Shown here: positions 61,709 through 64,000 of the stretch, one piece after another
Layout of the letters: each line of letters opens with the position of its first letter
Numbering within the stretch: position 1 is the stretch's first letter
The notes under the pieces: generated by a model
What the model saw: only the letters and a program-made list of their open reading frames with translations
The model's database searches: none
What the model was told of the DNA's origin: nothing
NCBI RefSeq assembly: GCF_004010195.1
Contig: NC_057728.1
Coordinates: 46,955,402 to 47,019,401 of the forward strand
DNA: 64,000 nt
Reading direction: 5' to 3'
Source: Chiloscyllium plagiosum
Taxonomy: Eukaryota
Program-made: the position numbers and the translations under genes

Positions 61709-61863
61709 CAGATGAACCTCGATTATCCGGCATTCGATGATCCGAAATTTGGATTTTCCGGAAAAATCGCAAGTTCCCAATCCGGTATGCGATTATCCAA
61801 ACATTCAATTATCCAAATAAAATACTCCCCGCCCATGTCATTCAGATAATGGAGGTTCCTCTG
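61709..61863. mobile_element. Tc1/mariner-type MITE
   Basis: TA flanks. Imperfect terminal inverted repeats cagatgaacctcgattatc / gataatggaggttcctctg. Internal ttcgattatccg-like repeats. Confidence 0.8.
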
Positions 61864-62039
61864 TAATTGCCAATAACCTATCATCTTAGATATTCACTTT
61901 CTTTGTCACTGGATCCAACAGTGAATGCGAACTGCAAGTTCACAGCAGCAACTCTCTCAGGCTACCCCTGCTGCATCTTCTAAATATGACACCAATTTTC
62001 ATTCTCTTCCATTCTCTTTCAAGCATTCTCTTCCAAGTA

Positions 62040-63142
62040 GAAAATAGACAATAGACAATAGGTGCAGGAGTAGGCCATTCTGCCCTTTGAGCATGCACCA
62101 TCATTCAATATGATCATGGCTGATCATCCTTAATCAGTATCCTGTTCCTGCCTTATCTCCAAACCCCTTGATTCCACAATGCTTGAGAGCTCTATCCAAC
62201 TCTTTCTTAAATGAATCCAGAGACTGGGCCTCCACTGCTCTCTGGGGCAAAGTTTTCCACACAGCCACCACTCTCTGGATGAAGAAGTTTCTCCTCATCT
62301 CTGTCCTAAATGATCTACCCCGTATTTTTAAGCTGTGTCCTCTGGTTCAGCACTCACCCATCAGCGGAAGGTTTCCTGCCTCCAGAGTGTCCAATCCTTT
62401 AATAATCTTATATGTCTCAATCAGATCCCCTCTCAGTCTTCTAAACTCAAGGGTATACAAGCCCAGTCACTTCAGTCTTTCAGTGTAAGGTAATCCCGCA
62501 TTTCAGGAATTGACCTCGTGAACCACGCTGCACTCCCTCAATAGCCAGAATGTCTTTCCTCAAATTTGGAGACCAGAACTGCACATCGTACTTCAGGTGT
62601 GGTCTCATCAGGGCCCTGTACAGCTGCAGAAGCACCTCTTTGCTTCTATACTCAATTCCTCTTGTTATGAAGGCCAGCATGCTATTAGCCTTCTTCACTA
62701 CCTGCTGTACCTGCATGCTTGCCTTCATTGACTGGTGTACAAGAACACCCAGATCTCTCTGTACTGCCCCTTTACCTAAATTGATTCCATTGAGGTAGTA
62801 ATCTGCCTTCCTGTTTTTGCCACCAAAGTGGATAACCATACATTTATCCGCATTAAACTGCATCTGCCATGCATCTGCCCACTCACCTAACTTGTCCAGG
62901 TCACCCTGTAATCTCCTAACATCCTCCTCACATTTCACCCTGCCACCCAGCTTAGTATCATCAGCAAATTTGCTAATGTTATTACTAATACCATCTTCTA
63001 TATCATTAACATATATTGTAAAAAGCTGCGGTCCCAGTACTGATCCCTGCGGTACCCCACTGATCACTGCCTGCCATTCTGAAATGGAGCCGTTTATCAC
63101 TACTCTTTGTTTCCTATCAGCCAACCAACTTTCAATCCATGT
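62040..63142 (-). mobile_element. CR1 LINE, 5'-truncated
   Basis: ORF 62480-63124 PQGSVLGP, KFADDTK. (aatagac)n tail. Confidence 0.96.
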
Positions 63143-63509
63143 AACATATTACCCTGATTTGCAAATATATCGCCATTTCTTTACTGTCATTGGGTAAAAG
63201 TCCTGAAACACCTTTCTCAACAACACTGCTGCCACACTACACCAAATAGACTGCAGCATTTCAAAAAGGTAGCTCACCCACCCTCATCTCAGGTGCTAGA
63301 ATGGATGGGCAATAAATGCTGGCCTTGCCTTTGATGGCCATATCCTGTCAAGAAATATGAGACGGTTTTAAACAAATTTAATTCACTGCCCTCCATAGCC
63401 CCACCCAAGATAGCAGAAAAATACATGGTGGAAGAGAGAAGAAACAAAATTCTAAAATCTAAAACTAGGTTCCCAAATCATAGAGAGCATATTTACTTAC
63501 CATTTAATC

Positions 63510-64000
63510 TAGGTCCATACTGGACCTGGTGTTGGCGAATGAGCCCAGCCAGATGGTTGAAGTTTCAGTCGGGGTTTACTGTGGGAATAGTGATCACAAT
63601 CACAGTTTTAGAATACTCATGGAACAAAGACAAGTGTGGTCCTAAAGGAAAATTGGGGGAAGGCCAACTATGCCAGAATCCGGCAGGAGCTGGGGAATTT
63701 AGATTTGGAGCAGCAGTTTGAAGGTATATCCACATGTGATATGTGGGATGCTTTAAAAGAGAGATTGATTGGACTTCAGGAAAGATACATTCCTGTGAAA
63801 ATGAGGGAAAGAAATGGCAAGATTACGGAACCATGGATGACAGGTGAAATAGTGAGACGAGCTAAGAGGAAAAATAATGCGTACATAAGGTCTAGGTGAC
63901 TGAAGACAGACGAAGCTTTGGAAGAATATTGGAATATAGAACCAATCTGATATGAGGAATTAAGAGGGATAAACGAGGTCATTAGATATCTTTAGCAAAT
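63510..64000 (+). mobile_element. CR1 ORF2 fragment (end of endonuclease and linker)
   Basis: ILDLVLANEP, WGKANYARIRQEL, EPWMTGEI. Confidence 0.9.

Overview
Eukaryotic, repeat-dense DNA from a cartilaginous fish. HE1 and SacSINE1-type SINEs plus shark-type CR1, Tx1, Penelope and Harbinger families point to a shark, probably a bamboo/epaulette shark (inference). No intact protein-coding gene is visible; nearly all ORFs in the track are transposon fragments or their antisense frames. Between the repeats, on the minus strand from about 55.1 kb down to about 21.5 kb (possibly 56.2 to 8.3 kb), is a colinear series of exon-like blocks, many bounded by splice sites. Translated by hand they follow the domain order of the HUSH-complex scaffold TASOR/FAM208: pseudo-PARP (DUF3715), SPOC, DomI, DomII, PIN-like. 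The blocks are highly diverged and carry many stops, frameshifts and transposon insertions, so I read them as an unprocessed pseudogene of a TASOR-family gene, possibly a third paralog. The homology was judged by eye against remembered human TASOR/TASOR2 sequence and needs a real alignment. Other features: Penelope-derived hairpin insertions carrying hammerhead ribozyme motifs with target-site duplications (TSDs), two short-range inverted duplications, an orphan poly(A) retrocopy inside a solo LTR, Harbinger remnants and a MITE.
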